Source: an uncultured bacterium (GTDB lineage Bacteria > Patescibacteriota > Patescibacteriia > Magasanikbacterales > GWA2-37-8). From it: a stretch of 64,000 bases of DNA. Made by a program: the position numbers and the translations under genes. The stretch's first letter is position 1; each line of letters opens with the position of its first letter. This document shows positions 63,868-64,000 of the stretch, in pieces. Under the pieces are notes generated by a model, which was given only the letters and a program-made list of their open reading frames with translations, had not been told where the DNA came from and made no database searches. Location: NCBI GenBank assembly GCA_937903605.1, contig CALCZC010000025.1, positions 67,275-131,274 of the forward strand, read 5' to 3'.

Positions 63868-64000
63868 TTATTTTAAATAACCATTGATAAATGCTTTAGC
63901 ATTCATGGATTTCTTTCCCTCAATTTGTAATTCAAATATTTCCAGCGCTCCTTCTGTGCATCCAATAAACAATCTTCCGTTTTCAACAACAAATTTTCCC
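63868..64000 (-). CDS. fmt: methionyl-tRNA formyltransferase, C-terminal end (5' part beyond window)
   Basis: The reverse strand translates to …GKFVVENGRLFIGCTEGALEIFELQIEGKKSMNAKAFINGYLK*. This is typical of the Fmt C-terminal domain (…LQ.EGKK.M.A.DF..G). Confidence 0.6.
   Translation of the reverse strand, partial: GKFVVENGRLFIGCTEGALEIFELQIEGKKSMNAKAFINGYLK

Noticed and set aside
1-64000. CRISPR array, tRNA or rRNA genes
   Set aside because: There are no arrays of regularly spaced direct repeats with unique spacers. The repeats present are palindromic and dispersed. No cloverleaf-compatible GC-rich intergenic segments were found.

Overview
This is a low-GC (about one-third GC by eye) bacterial chromosomal window with tightly packed genes. 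Several traits point to a reduced-genome bacterium of the Patescibacteria/CPR type: many glycosyltransferases, a truncated AlaRS, and a stand-alone VirD4-like ATPase. This lineage call is inference, not something the sequence states.

Core content:
- 5' end: partial ClpC-like AAA+ ATPase, then a SEDS FtsW/RodA gene.
- About 3–12.1 kb: a dTDP-sugar and glycan cluster (rfbB, a cupin isomerase/epimerase, rfbD, PGI/PMI, four GT2 genes, an RmlA-like nucleotidyltransferase).
- About 12.2–14.8 kb, minus strand: recR, ybaB, dnaB.
- About 14.8–15.6 kb, minus strand: a CDP-alcohol phosphatidyltransferase gene.
- About 54.8–58.8 kb: a ribosomal-protein/rpoA operon (infA, rpmJ, rpsM, rpsK, rpsD, rpoA, rplQ, rplM, rpsI).
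- 3' end: a second glycan cluster (flippase, GT4, GT2, O-antigen-ligase-like protein) and the C-terminus of fmt.

Accessory content:
- About 17.8–28.1 kb is a repeat-dense accessory or defense-like island. It carries GIY-YIG, DinD/Bro-N-like, RhuM–Fic/Doc, two paralogous small HD (p)ppGpp-hydrolase-like genes, RusA-like, SNase-like, RadC(JAB)+NYN, and hypothetical genes.
- It leads directly into a 15-gene co-directional array (28.2–43.9 kb). That array starts with a YhcG-like PD-(D/E)xK nuclease and a Type I R-M system.
- The hsdM–hsdS–hsdR genes are interleaved with two ABC-type ATPase genes carrying C-terminal R-x3-E…H modules. These look like PrrC/RloC-type anticodon nucleases.
- Downstream sit a HEPN-like protein, an ADP-ribosylglycohydrolase and a Cas4-like Fe-S nuclease.

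Other notable points:
- A roughly 55–60% GC, 152-aa gene cassette with its own promoter and terminator is inserted between rfbD and pgi.
- Its promoter is almost identical to the one driving a tandem zinc-ribbon gene about 42 kb away.
- One family of nested palindromic MITE/RPE-like repeats ('GTCATCCCCGCG…CGGGGATCCAG') occurs at least 11 times, once in-frame inside mnmA.
- A second repeated hairpin (AACACTTCAGCC-TA-GGTTGAAGTGTT) serves as the terminator of six island genes.
- I found no CRISPR array, no tRNA and no rRNA gene.
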